A DNA stretch of 62,371 bases, filler included, from Gonapodya sp. JEL0774 (Eukaryota), in NCBI GenBank assembly GCA_027604505.1. It is 3 parts of 3 records of this genome, joined end to end, with 100 filler letters (N's around TTAATTAATTAA, not from the genome) between each part and the next. Parts side by side here need not be neighbours in the genome. Positions count along the whole stretch, not along the records: positions 21,057 to 41,938 come from JADIIX010000247.1; positions 42,039 to 62,371 come from JADIIX010000249.1; 1 more part is not named here. The stretch is one strand, 5' to 3'. The notes under the pieces are model-generated. The model was not told the DNA's origin and did not search any database. It saw only the letters and a program-made list of their open reading frames with translations. Position 1 is the stretch's first letter, and each line of letters begins with the position of its first letter. The position numbers and the translations under genes are program-made. This document shows, piece after piece, positions 34,770 through 45,662 of the stretch.

Positions 34770-37091
34770 TTAACTAAACCGCAGGCGATGATCAGGCATA
34801 CCCGGACCACGTACGTCATTTAGCTGTGCACAAGCGCAAAAAAACATGGTTAGCAGACAGCATGCGAAAACAACTAAAGACCGAGCGTGTAACACGTGGC
34901 TTTGCCGATGCCGCTGCTCACTGCCGACCACCAAACTACAGTACATACCTCATCAGCACTCGCGCCCCCCACGTTTGTGGAATTGGTCGACATGGCCGAA
35001 ATGGCCGACAGGGCAACGCCGCTCAGAACACCGCGGGACTCCCATCGCCTTCGCGGAACCAGGCGCGGCATGCCCTCGGAGAGATTGAGGCAGTCGCTTT
35101 AGAAGTTTCGTTTCAACGTACATTTGTGTGCGACGGCCGAGGTCAGTCATTCCACGCATTGCCGCACCCGAACTGCAAAACCAGTATCTCAACACCACAC
35201 GGCACACTCACAGCGGCACAACTCCAATCTCGCCTGTATCTACTCGCTGGCACAGACCCCATCCGTCCCTGAACACACATTGCACGCGGAGGAGAGTGCC
35301 TGGTACAAATGGGAGCTCGTCGGGGGAAGAGGGGGTATACTATTGCCAAGCACCACGGAGACAAACATTGTGTGAGATAAAGCATGTCAGTGCTCGCGCT
35401 AGTGCCGCACGCGGGAACCATGCCCCGAAGACGCTGAACTCACCGCTGTTTCTACCGAGAACGGATCACCAATACTGCACTGCACGGACGGTTGGGATTC
35501 CAACCCTGCAGGTCCGGCCTGCGTCAAGAAGAACCAGTGTGCCGGAGTCTCAAACGATGGTAAGGACGGTGGTGAGACGGGGCGGGACTGTGGTGTAGAC
35601 AGTTTGGTATGTTCTGAGTGTCCCATGAGTGCAGGATGCGAGTGCGTAACAGCTGTGACAAAGAAAAACAAAACAAAAAAAATGACGAAATAAGTACCAG
35701 GATTCCGGGAATTATCATTGTGATCTTTGCGATCCCGTCGCCAAAGGAACAGCGCCACTGCCAGAGCAACTAAAACTACGGCGGCAGCAACTACTCCGCC
35801 CACAATCGGTCCAACAGGTGCAGAGCCAGTGTTTGCGGATCCAACGTTTTCATTGGTACCTGCACCAGCGGTTGGAGACGATGTGGAAGAATTCGGCGGA
35901 GGTGACGTTGTGGTGACGACGAGCGAAGAGGACGATCCTCCCCCACAAGCAAATTCGTCTCGCGGGATACGCGAGAAGCAGTCCGGTGGCCCGTTGCGCG
36001 CGCACGAGTAGAGTCCAGGATTGGAGGAAAAGTTGCATAGAAGGAATGGGTTGTTCAACGAAATGAGACCGTCTAGGTTTCCAGAGAGAGTGTTGTTGTG
36101 AAAGTCCAGGCTGTTGAGTCTGGTGAGGTTTTTAAGGGACGGAATGGGCCCGCTCAGATTGTTGTTGTGCAGGTCCAAGTTCTGGAGATATGTGAGGTTG
36201 GCGAGAGGGGGGATCGACCCTGTCAGTTGGTTGTCGTTCAAGGACAAGTTTGTGACCATCGTGAGACTATCAAGTGGTGGGATGGGGCCAGTGAAAAAGT
36301 TGCCATACAAATCAATTACTTGCGACTTCGTGAGGGCCGTTAAGTTTGGTATGGGTCCTGTGAACTGGTTATCGTTCAAAAACAAATTGGTGATGTTGCC
36401 GAGGGTGGAGAGAGACGGAATAGTCCCGCTGAGTTTATTATTGCTCAAGTCTAGGTACCGCACGTTGGTCGCGTTGGAAAGGTCCGGAAAGGACCCACTG
36501 ATTTGGAGGGCACTCAGATTGAGGGCCCAGATACTGGGGAGGTCGAGAGTGATTGGGAAAGATCCATTGATTTTGTTGCCACTGAAACTCATGTAAGCAA
36601 GGCTTTCAAGACCGCTCAGAGGAGGAAAAGGCCCTTCGAGTACGTTGTCGTCCAAAAACAATCTGTTCAGGCTGGTGAGGCCACTGAATGATGGAAGCGA
36701 ACCGTTGAGCCGGTTTCCAGACAGGTAAAGAATCTGGAGATAAACAAGGCCTGTCAGATCTGGGATGGGCCCGCTGAGTGCGTTGTACCGCATAAACAGC
36801 GTGGTGAGGTTGGTGAGGCCCGAGAGCGATGATGGAATTGTTCCCGAGAGACCCAGCCTATCCAGGAAGACAACAGCGACTCGATTATTAATGCAGGTAA
36901 TGCCATTACCGCTATCGTTCTTCCACTGGCAGCATGCACCCTGTGGCCAGGGAATGGTGACATTGGATTGAGTGAACAGCTGTTCGAACACAGCACAATC
37001 GTCCGCTTGCGTCTGGGCGAAGACACGCGAAGCCAGAAGCCACCGTGGAAATGAGCAGTGCGACTGCGTGTACCGGACCCGCGTGCAACAT
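34770..37091 (-). CDS. Receptor-like protein 1: signal peptide, Cys cap, 12 plant-type LRRs, S/T/P stalk, TM, SH3; one 1-nt frameshift in the signal peptide
   Basis: LxxLxLxxNxLSGxIP repeats (23 aa); TM IVGGVVAAAVVLVALAVALFLW-RR; SH3 exon 35212-35339 YTPSSPDELPFVPGTLLRVQCVFRDGWGLCQRVDTGEIGVVPL|DCL. The signal MLHAGPVHAVALLISTV is out of frame by one extra G at ~37040. The last exon is tentative. Confidence 0.85.
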
Positions 37092-37222
37092 TAATGACAT
37101 ATACATAGATTGATTGGAAAGGGACTACATAAGGGGTTGCCCCGGCCAGTCACGGCCGCACTGAGTCCAACTGAGTTGGGCTTTGCCGGCGGCTGTTCCG
37201 AATGCTAATGCTCTGAATCTCC

Positions 37223-39288
37223 ATGTTCGCCGTGTTTCGTCTTACTATTGCCCTTGTTCTCACATTTATTCTTGCCCCTCACGTTTTTGCCCAGACTCTG
37301 GCGGAGGATTGCGCCATATTCGAACAGTTGTACATTCAGTCCAATCTCACTTTTCCATGGCAACAAGGGGCTTGCTGCGATTGGATCAATGAGCTCAGTC
37401 GCATTGGGTGTCGCGACGGAAGAGTTTGGAGCGTCTACCTGTCTCGTCGTGGGCTCAAAGGCTTCATCCCCCCTCTCGCACCCCTAAGCACCAACTTCAG
37501 CAGTCTGGACCTTAGTGCCAACAACCTGATCGGAAAACGGAAATTGCAAGTCTAATTGGATTAACTCGGCTTGACCTGAGCGCCAACAAACTTACCGGGT
37601 TCATCCCTTCCTTGGAGGGCCTCATCAACTTGCAGTACCTCGACCTGGGTGGTAACAATTTCAGCGGTTCAATCCCGTCACTCGCTGGCCTATCTAGCAT
37701 ACAAGACCTTCGACTCAATGGCAACCAGCTTACTGGCCCTCTCCCGGCCATCTCCGGCTTGAATAAACTGACCCAGATAGATGTATCATTCAACCAGCTC
37801 AGCTCTCTCCCGACTCTTACCGGTATTCCAAACCTGACGAGCCTATTAATGTTTAGCAACAAAATCATGGGACCTGTGCCAACCCTCACAGACCTACCAA
37901 ACTTGAGAAACCTGTATTTGGACGAAAACCAGCTCAGTGGTTCTGTTCCTCACCTTCACAACCTCCCAAAGTTATCTGACCTTTTTCTCGGGAGGAACTT
38001 CTTGACTGGGACTATCCCACCACTCGATGGACTCCCTGCACTTAACCAGCTCGATCTGTCCGACAACCAGCTTACGGGGCCCGTCCCTTCCTTTGCAAAC
38101 TTTACCAGCTTTTTAAGCCTGAATCTTTTCTCTGAGTGGGAATGTTGATGGGTTGCTCTACCTCCCCGTCACTTATTGCAATCTCACTTCCAACCCTGGG
38201 CTCTTCACTTGCGTGAATAACGGGTCCATTTCATGCCTTTCAAATCTCCCAGCGGGGGGAGCGTTATGTCAAACCGCAACATCTCCGACTTCATCAATGG
38301 CGAGCCAAACCGAAACACAAACGCAAGTGCCACCATCGCCCCCAACTATGAGCTCACAGCAAGGGTCTGACGTGCCCATTGGTGCCGTGGCTGGAGCAGC
38401 AGCCGCCGGTGCTGTGGTTCTTGTGGTGATTGCGACGCTTGTTATCGCACGGGCCAGGAACAGCAAACGAGACCGTAGGGGTGTGATCCCGGTCAGAGGT
38501 ATGCATGCCGTATTCAAGTGACCTGCCGTGTATTGGCGTACTGGAGAACTGATTTTATTTCTCGAGATTCTTCCGATGGTGATGGTTCGACGACATTGCT
38601 TGGTTCCCGTTCTCTGGAGCCTCGAGTACCGGACCTTCCAGCTGTTACCCTACCAGCGCACTGGTTTTACCTCTCACTGCAAAATTCAATGGCTGTGGAT
38701 TCCGCGTCAGAAAACTGGACTGGTGTAGAGGCGGATACATCAATCCGTTGCGATGACGAAACGCCGTTCCTTGTTGAGACGCGGGTACGTGCGGAAGCAC
38801 TTTATATTTGTACGTACATTTTCTTTTTGGTGTACTATTACATACGTTTTGTCGTATCCAGTTTGAACCAACATCAAACGACGAGATTGCCCTTGTCCCC
38901 GGCACGTTTGTCATTATACAGCGCGTATTCAGAGACGGGTGGGGTGTTTGCGAGAGTCTTGATACGGGAGAGGTCGGTATTGCACCACTGTGAGTGTTTC
39001 TTGCAAGAGAAGTTTGCTCTTGCAGCTATCACATATCACATCTGCACACCCCGGCCATACCGCAAATCAAAGTGACTGCTTGAGACTGGGAGAAGACATG
39101 CCACCGTGGGTTCCCCGCGACCGATCAGAATCCACGTTGATGAGTGCAAGCATAAAGTCAAAAAGTTTTGTGAGCATTTTTCTTTCAATGGCGGTCGTGG
39201 TCGGTCGGCCTGCCCTTTCTCTGTGTTTTCACAACGTGATGATTTTTGAACTTTACAGGTGGCGAGGCAACGTTTTCAAGAGAGCTGA
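37223..39288 (+). pseudogene. Receptor-like protein 2: paralogous signal-LRR(11)-TM-SH3 gene with two frameshifts
   Basis: Signal MFAVFRLTIALVLTFILAPHVFA; cap DCAIFEQLYIQSNLTFPWQQGACC; frameshifting deletions at ~37535 and ~38130 with no GT-AG intron available; TM AVAGAAAAGAVVLVVIATLVI; SH3 exon 38862-38989 FEPTSNDEIALVPG..FRDGWG..TGEVGIAPL|DCL. Confidence 0.85.
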
Positions 39289-40078
39289 ACCACATAGTTT
39301 GATGGCCAACTTAGTTGCCAAACTCGCTTTCAATGGACTACTGTGCCTCATCAGTTCTTTCATCCAATGCGCGTTTCTTTTTAACCTGGCGTGGCGCCCG
39401 CCAAAAGGGCAATTGTTAAATGAGCGGGAATGGCATGAGTCGAGCTATTATTAATTTCAGATTCTTGATGAAGCGAATCACATAATTTTTGGTAATCCTC
39501 GGTGACGTGGGACGCCGGTCGCCGGCCGCCGCTTGCCCTTGGCATCCTCCACATCTTGAGTGTAGTTCGTCCAGCAGGCAGCGCAGAAAGTGAATTGAAG
39601 AAGAGTAACTCGGCAGAGATGCTCCCTGGTTGCCTCCATCTCAGGCCTGGAATGTAATGGAGCACCGAGTCCGTGTCCCCGAATCATCCCATCCCCCGTC
39701 AGCAGTCACGGGCCCTTTGCTAATACGGCACCTATCTCCCCCCTCAGCCTTGTCCTCCGTCCGTCCCAGGGATGCTTGGGGTTTTGGGTATACATTGGTG
39801 GCCCTTTGTCTACACAGTTCCGTGGCACCGTGCACACGTGGAGGGTATTCATCTCATGGGAATTGGCACCTTTGTTCAATATGGTCACACGTTACAGCTA
39901 AGAGAGACTCCTTTGTTGCAAGAAGCCACTATACGACCCAAAAGAATTAATGCATACTGCTGCACTTGCTCAACTACCCATTTTGATGGGCGACCAGACT
40001 GCTTTTGAGAGCACCGCGAAAATTATGTTTTGGACGTTTCCAACTCTTCCGTTTCCGATATCACTCATTTTCACGACA

Positions 40079-41938
40079 TCAATACCCATCCTGCCACTGC
40101 GTCCTTTGCATTTCGGTCGGAGTCGGAATCTATATGCAGAGAAGACGTCAGATCACCTGTTCACCAGGCCCGAAATCACCCCCAACGCCTTGTCTCACCT
40201 GAGCTGTGTCGAGGTGCTGCGTATTATATGGGGCGGAGACAGGTGTTGCCTCAATTGGTGCTCGGAATTCGAGAAGATGCTGTAGCGATGCCGGTTCATT
40301 GCGGAAGAGTGACACCATTAATTGTTGAGAGCGGATATCATAAACATTGCCATAACCAGTATCACGCGTAAAGACTGAACGAGCGCAAAATATTACTCAC
40401 CATTTGGGACTCGTTCGGGGCCGAGGGAATGGTCCCAGACGGCGAGTTCAAGGAGAATCTCAGGGACTCATTGCGACGCGTGCTCTCTTGTGAGCCTGAG
40501 ACCGAGTCTGTCATTGACGGTGGTGCGTCAGGCAAGGCCAAAGAGTTCCTGGAGTGCGAGCAGCCCGGAATGAGCTTCAAGTGGCGACTGCGCAGGTATA
40601 ATGCAACCAACTCACATAGGGATCTTCCCTTCCTGCCTCGTCCCCACATTGAATCCATCACACCAGCCGTCGCGCCATACGAACCGTACTTCGACGTGAT
40701 CTCCAGGCGAAACGCTCACTTCGTCTTGGGCGAGCTTGACAAACTGGAGCGAGAACACGGGGTGATGCAGAACATTTGAAGCCCAGCTTCACCACGTAAT
40801 TTCTAGAAGCTTACCTGTTTGATCACGAGAACCCTCAAATTGTCACAGAAGATACCGGCGTCATTCTCACGACCATACGGGCGGGCCAACTTGAGGAAGA
40901 ACCACTGGGTTGGGAATCGACACGGCTGTTATTAGATGTCACCCTGGTCTCAAAAGGGCATTTCTCAGCTCACGTGAGGCTTCAATTTACGTCGCAGAAA
41001 CACATTGGCAAGGCAATCGAAAATGTAAGGAAGTTGTTTCTCTGCCCTTTTCATCTCCAACATACCTCATGGTAGTCCTCTCGGGGTGAAGTCACCGGCA
41101 TCCCAAGCTCTGCTTGCGGCAAGTAAGGGTCTTGCAGGACAACCGCCCCAAAATTGGTGGGTGACAGGGGTTTCAGTGCTAGCGAATGACAGGCTCGTCA
41201 AAAGGTGACGGAATGTTGGATCCAGGACTAACGCGCTAGATCTCACGTATGGTCATGTCAAAGTCTGATCGGGGACCGATCGACTGTAAGGAAGGAGGAG
41301 TGAAAGTTGATCTGACCCCAACAGGAATTATGTTCTTGAGATGCGGCTCCGCTACGAGTAAGCCTGAGATTATGTTCGGGCCAGTTCAAATTACATGGAG
41401 TCGGAATCGCGTTTGTTTGTGACATGGCGGTGCCGAGACTGTACGTGCTCACCTTTTGGTGATGCAGACTTAGCCTTCCACGGCTGCCGGTACCACAAGA
41501 ACACCGCAGCGATAAGTGCGAGGAAGCCTCCCACAGAACCGGCAATGATCGGAACGAGGTTAGGGCCTGGGGTGCTGCAGCAAGTGTCTGATGCTTGCGT
41601 GCAAGTCGACGTGCCCGACGGGCACGTACAGACGCCTGTAGCGGCAAAGAAGAAAGGGACAGATTTTGCAGGTTAAAGCGAGTGGAAAGAGGACCAGTTG
41701 GCCGGTTACACGTCTGTTACAGCACCTGAACTGCATCCGAGATTGTTAGCGCACTGAGAAGTCGAGGCACAGAAAGCACCAAACGGAAGACTAGAGGAAG
41801 GAGGGGGAGGATAAGGAGGAGGAGGAGGAGAGGGAGGAGGTGGTGGAGGGGGAGGGGGAGGAGGAGGAGGGGGAGGAGGAGGGGGGGGAGGTGGAGGAGG
41901 AGGAGGAGGCGGGGGGGCAGCGACAGGAACAGTGGGCG
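40079..41938 (-). CDS. Receptor-like protein 3: poly-Pro stalk, Cys-rich module, TM, SH3; multi-exon, 5' end lost in the gap; missed by the ORF track
   Basis: Spliced reading PPPP..SLPFGAFCASTSQCANNLGCSSG|VCTCPSGTSTCTQASDTCC..IIAGSVGGFLALIAAVFLWYR..|PCRFPTQWFFLKL..IFCDNLRVLVIKQ|FVKLAQDEVSVSPGDHVEVRFVWRDGWCDGFNVGTRQEGKIPM|NSL..RRNES..QDGY*. All introns are GT-AG and in frame. Confidence 0.85.
41792..41918 (-). repeat. (CCT/CCC/CCA)n low-complexity tract encoding polyproline
   Basis: GGA/GGG/GGT triplet run on the + strand next to the gap. Confidence 0.9.
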
Positions 41939-42038
41939 NNNNNNNNNNNNNNNNNNNNNNNNNNNNNNNNNNNNNNNNNNNNTTAATTAATTAANNNNNN
42001 NNNNNNNNNNNNNNNNNNNNNNNNNNNNNNNNNNNNNN
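41939..42038. other. Assembly gap with artificial linker
   Basis: 44 N + TTAATTAATTAA + 44 N. Confidence 0.99.
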
Positions 42039-42192
42039 CAACTTCCATGTCCTGAGCACTTGCAAGCCCCACGCAGCAGGTGGTCTTCCACAAGAGTGTG
42101 TCCTCAAGACATCAATCCAGTAGAAGCGGCGTGTGAAGGCTCACATTTTGTCTCTCATCCAGTTTATAAGCTGCTGCAAGCTTCGACCATCT

Positions 42193-42326
42193 TGTGGCCT
42201 ACTGGGCACCTGGGGTGACCACAGTCCGGGGATGCATGCAGGTAGTCATATATGTACTGTACGAGCTAGACATACATCAGATCCCCGTCCTACATCTACT
42301 GGTTAGGTCCAGTACGGAACATCACA
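42193..42326 (+). repeat. 5' LTR (134 bp)
   Basis: Near-identical to 49950-50066 apart from a 17-nt indel and a few substitutions. Confidence 0.95.
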
Positions 42327-42423
42327 ATTGGGGGAACGGCCGGCAGCATCTCGCGTCCTGTCACTCCGCTGTGGCCTGTGTCCAAATACCGATTGAATCC
42401 GTTCTCCCATCTATCATCTTGCA

Positions 42424-44421
42424 ATGGCCAACAGTGAGCCATTCAACGTCGTCGACTTCGATGAGCTTGACGAGGATGCCCCCAAAGGGCCTGGCATCGA
42501 CGATACCCATTCTGGCGAGGGTTCTGGCACCCTGGTTGACGACCTCCCTGCTGTCTCCGTCAAAGGCAAAGGCCCCGTTGACACCGAAGAAAGCCCGAAA
42601 CCACCCGGCTTCAGTCCAATAACCCCGAAGGACCCGGCAAGTGCAGTAGGCGCTGGGACCCCGACGCCCCAAACTCGTCTTCTGCCAGCGTCTGATCATC
42701 TTCCTTCGCCAACAAACAAACTGTCCGCCACTCCGAAAGCCCGAAAGCTCCCCAACAGCACCCCTCCCTCTTTGTTGTCCGGTATGCCTCCCCTTCGGCC
42801 ACGCAAACTCCCCGGGACTCAGGGTGCGGCGAACCTCTACCCACCCCATGTTGCAGCAAGCAAACCATCTGTGGACGAGACAACAGAGTCACTGTGTGCG
42901 CGTGTCGTGGACATGAGGGAGCACGTGGCATTAAGACGGGAGGAGATGGAATTGACACACCAGTTGGAGGAGAAGCAGTTGCGTGAGTTGCAGTTCCATC
43001 TCGACACAAGGATAATGGCGGCGGGGTACAAGGGTCCCCGAACAAACGAAGTGAGGTTTACAGCAAATGAAAAAGCGAGTATGTTGCTGGCAAATGAGAG
43101 GCAGCCCCAACCACCGGCAGTGGTTCCGAAACTGAGGTTGACCATTGCCGACCTCCCGACGTTCCAGAAGCAAACGTACAAGCCACCAAGTAGCGAAATG
43201 AAGAGAAGAGTCGGGGAGGACCCACATGATTGGGTGGAACGCTTGCGTCGTGGTGTGGAGCAGGCTGGTGTGCCAGGCGGACCGGACGCAGTGAACTGGT
43301 GCACTCTTGCGCTCACAGAGTCGCTCAACAAAGCGTGGGGCAACACGAAGCAACCGGGCACGCTGCCCCCAACCCACCGTCTCTGGGACGCAAGGGTCTT
43401 CAACTACCCACCAGTTGAGGATCTGGACAGTTTCTTCGGGTGGTACTACACCATGGTAGTGACAGACGCCCTACGGGAGGAGGCGCAGCAAGTTGTGGAC
43501 AATGCAAATTGGGCCGTAGTATGTGTGGATGGGTTGTGCACCGCAGACACTGCGTCTGCGTCGTTGGAGCAGCACATGGCGGACGTGCGGCGGTTGCAAG
43601 CGTACACAATGCCCCGTAGCAGAATGACAAGCGAGCAGCTCAATGAAATGTACGTCACAATGTTCCTGAAGGCCACTGGCCCCGAGGCACGTCAGATGCT
43701 GAACGTGGTGGTGAAGCCAGGAGACAAGCTCCAGATACAGGAGCTCCGGGAGCGTGTGTCTGACTTGCAGGCATATGCAACATCAAGGTTCCCGCCTTTA
43801 CCGGCAGGATGTCGTTGGGTGGGAGTGGCGCGCACCGACCTGCCGCAGAAGCGCCCGGCACCGGAGTTTACGGAGATGGAGTTGGCGGACGGAATGAAGC
43901 GCCCCGCACCGGCCCCGCCAACCGAGCCGGAAGCGAGGCAGGCGGGAAGAGGTCACCATGGTGGTGGTCGTGGAAATGGAAACAGCCGGGGTGGCCGCGG
44001 ACGAGGTGGAGGTGGCCCCATGAGGCGCCCGGAGAGCGGACCGAACCCCTACCTGCAACAGCAGCCGTACGCCCCATATCCACCGCCGTATCCCCCAGCA
44101 GGTCCGCAAGGATTTGCTCCGCCTTACCCACCGTATCAGCAGTGGTACCTGTATCCCCATCCGCCCTACCCACTGTACAGACCCCCTCCACCACAGCAAC
44201 AATGGGGTCAAGGAAGCGCGTTGGGTCAGTGGGCCAATGCAAACAACGATCGATGCTTCAACTGCAACAAGGGGGGTCACTTCAGCAGGGATTGTCCGGA
44301 GCCTGCGTCGGATAGCACGTTGAGAGCGAGGGCGAAGGCGGACGGGCTGGGACGGGGTGAAGTTTCAGATGCGAACAGGCAAGCGTTGGGCCGGAGGGGC
44401 AGAGGCCAGGGTCACCAGTGA
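42424..44421 (+). CDS. gag: Gypsy Gag
   Basis: 665-aa open frame with a Gly/Arg- and Pro/Tyr-rich C-terminus and the zinc knuckle CFNCNKGGHFSRDC. Confidence 0.9.
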   Translation: MANSEPFNVVDFDELDEDAPKGPGIDDTHSGEGSGTLVDDLPAVSVKGKGPVDTEESPKPPGFSPITPKDPASAVGAGTPTPQTRLLPASDHLPSPTNKLSATPKARKLPNSTPPSLLSGMPPLRPRKLPGTQGAANLYPPHVAASKPSVDETTESLCARVVDMREHVALRREEMELTHQLEEKQLRELQFHLDTRIMAAGYKGPRTNEVRFTANEKASMLLANERQPQPPAVVPKLRLTIADLPTFQKQTYKPPSSEMKRRVGEDPHDWVERLRRGVEQAGVPGGPDAVNWCTLALTESLNKAWGNTKQPGTLPPTHRLWDARVFNYPPVEDLDSFFGWYYTMVVTDALREEAQQVVDNANWAVVCVDGLCTADTASASLEQHMADVRRLQAYTMPRSRMTSEQLNEMYVTMFLKATGPEARQMLNVVVKPGDKLQIQELRERVSDLQAYATSRFPPLPAGCRWVGVARTDLPQKRPAPEFTEMELADGMKRPAPAPPTEPEARQAGRGHHGGGRGNGNSRGGRGRGGGGPMRRPESGPNPYLQQQPYAPYPPPYPPAGPQGFAPPYPPYQQWYLYPHPPYPLYRPPPPQQQWGQGSALGQWANANNDRCFNCNKGGHFSRDCPEPASDSTLRARAKADGLGRGEVSDANRQALGRRGRGQGHQ

Positions 44422-45662
44422 GTACCACGATGGGATGGAGTGGTCGGTGACACCGCGTTCTGCGGGCGGCGTTTCTGTTCAACACGTCCCGTGTACGACG
44501 TTGTTGCCGTTATAGACGAAGTGCAGAAGAGCACTTCCTGCGTACACTTATACGTAGAACACGCGTATTTTGACGTAGACGAAAATGCGAAAACATGTAT
44601 TTGTACAGCCAACATTACATCCGTTCATGTGTAATCTGGCTCCGTTCTGGTGGTGGTTTCACCCAACTTCAGACCGTTTTGTCATTTCGATCACTTTCCC
44701 TCACATGCTCCTGGCGCACTTATTTTTCGTGCACAGTGGAATGTTAGTGGTTGAAGTGCCGTTCTGTGTCTGTGGGCTCGCACCCCCGGCACACGACACC
44801 CCAAAACACCTTCAGGACCACGTTCACCTACACCGACTACTGTAGTGGCGTGAGGGTTTGTGGGACTGTCCCGTCACCACGTTGGTGCCGGCGGACGCTC
44901 GTGCGGTCATGCGGACGGACGTCTCCCCGTTTCGACGTACGACATTGGCAATTTCGGTAGTTGGTGACTACTCGAATTTTGTATACGTACAGTGAACACG
45001 TCCTTCACTACCGTCAATTATTGCAACCGTTGTACGTGTACCCGACATTAATGTGGTACATGGGCACCGTTTTGTTTACTAGTGGGTCACCTGACTGCGT
45101 GCACAGTCTGCCACTCCGAACAACATTTGAACTGGCGCCCTAAGTAGGGATGTGACCTCCCTATGGCATGATCTCAGGGGGGTTAGATTGGAAAAACGAT
45201 CCAACAAGACCTGCATACTGTGCAGCAGCGCAACGGTCGGCCGGCCAATGCATATGGCAGACAGCGTTGCAACCAGCACAGCACCTCAGTGCTGGGGGTT
45301 ACGTTGTGTCAATTATTCCGTCGGTTTCTGTCCAAATACCGATATATCTGACCTTCCACCTCGTCTGTCCTCCGTTTTAGGCAACAAGTTCCTCGCGTCC
45401 GGGTTGCTTCCCCACTGTGTGTCGAGATCGCACACAACATTGCTGGAGACGATGTAAGTGAAGTGGGGTGTGTATCAGTCCCTCAGAATGCTGACGCTGT
45501 CAATTATAATTATTGATGTGCAGGGTGTGCGAGACCCCCCTGAGCTTCACATGAATAATGTGGCCGAGAAGTCCCTCCTGGATGATCCCATGACATTGGT
45601 ATGTTTCCAGTGTTTTGGTGTGGCTGACGCACCACTGACTGTCTCACTGTTTTGTGTAGGAG

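Noticed and set aside
40429..40779. 116-aa + strand ORF, and the 39950-40371 ORFs
   Set aside because: Antisense shadows of the spliced SH3 receptor gene on the - strand.
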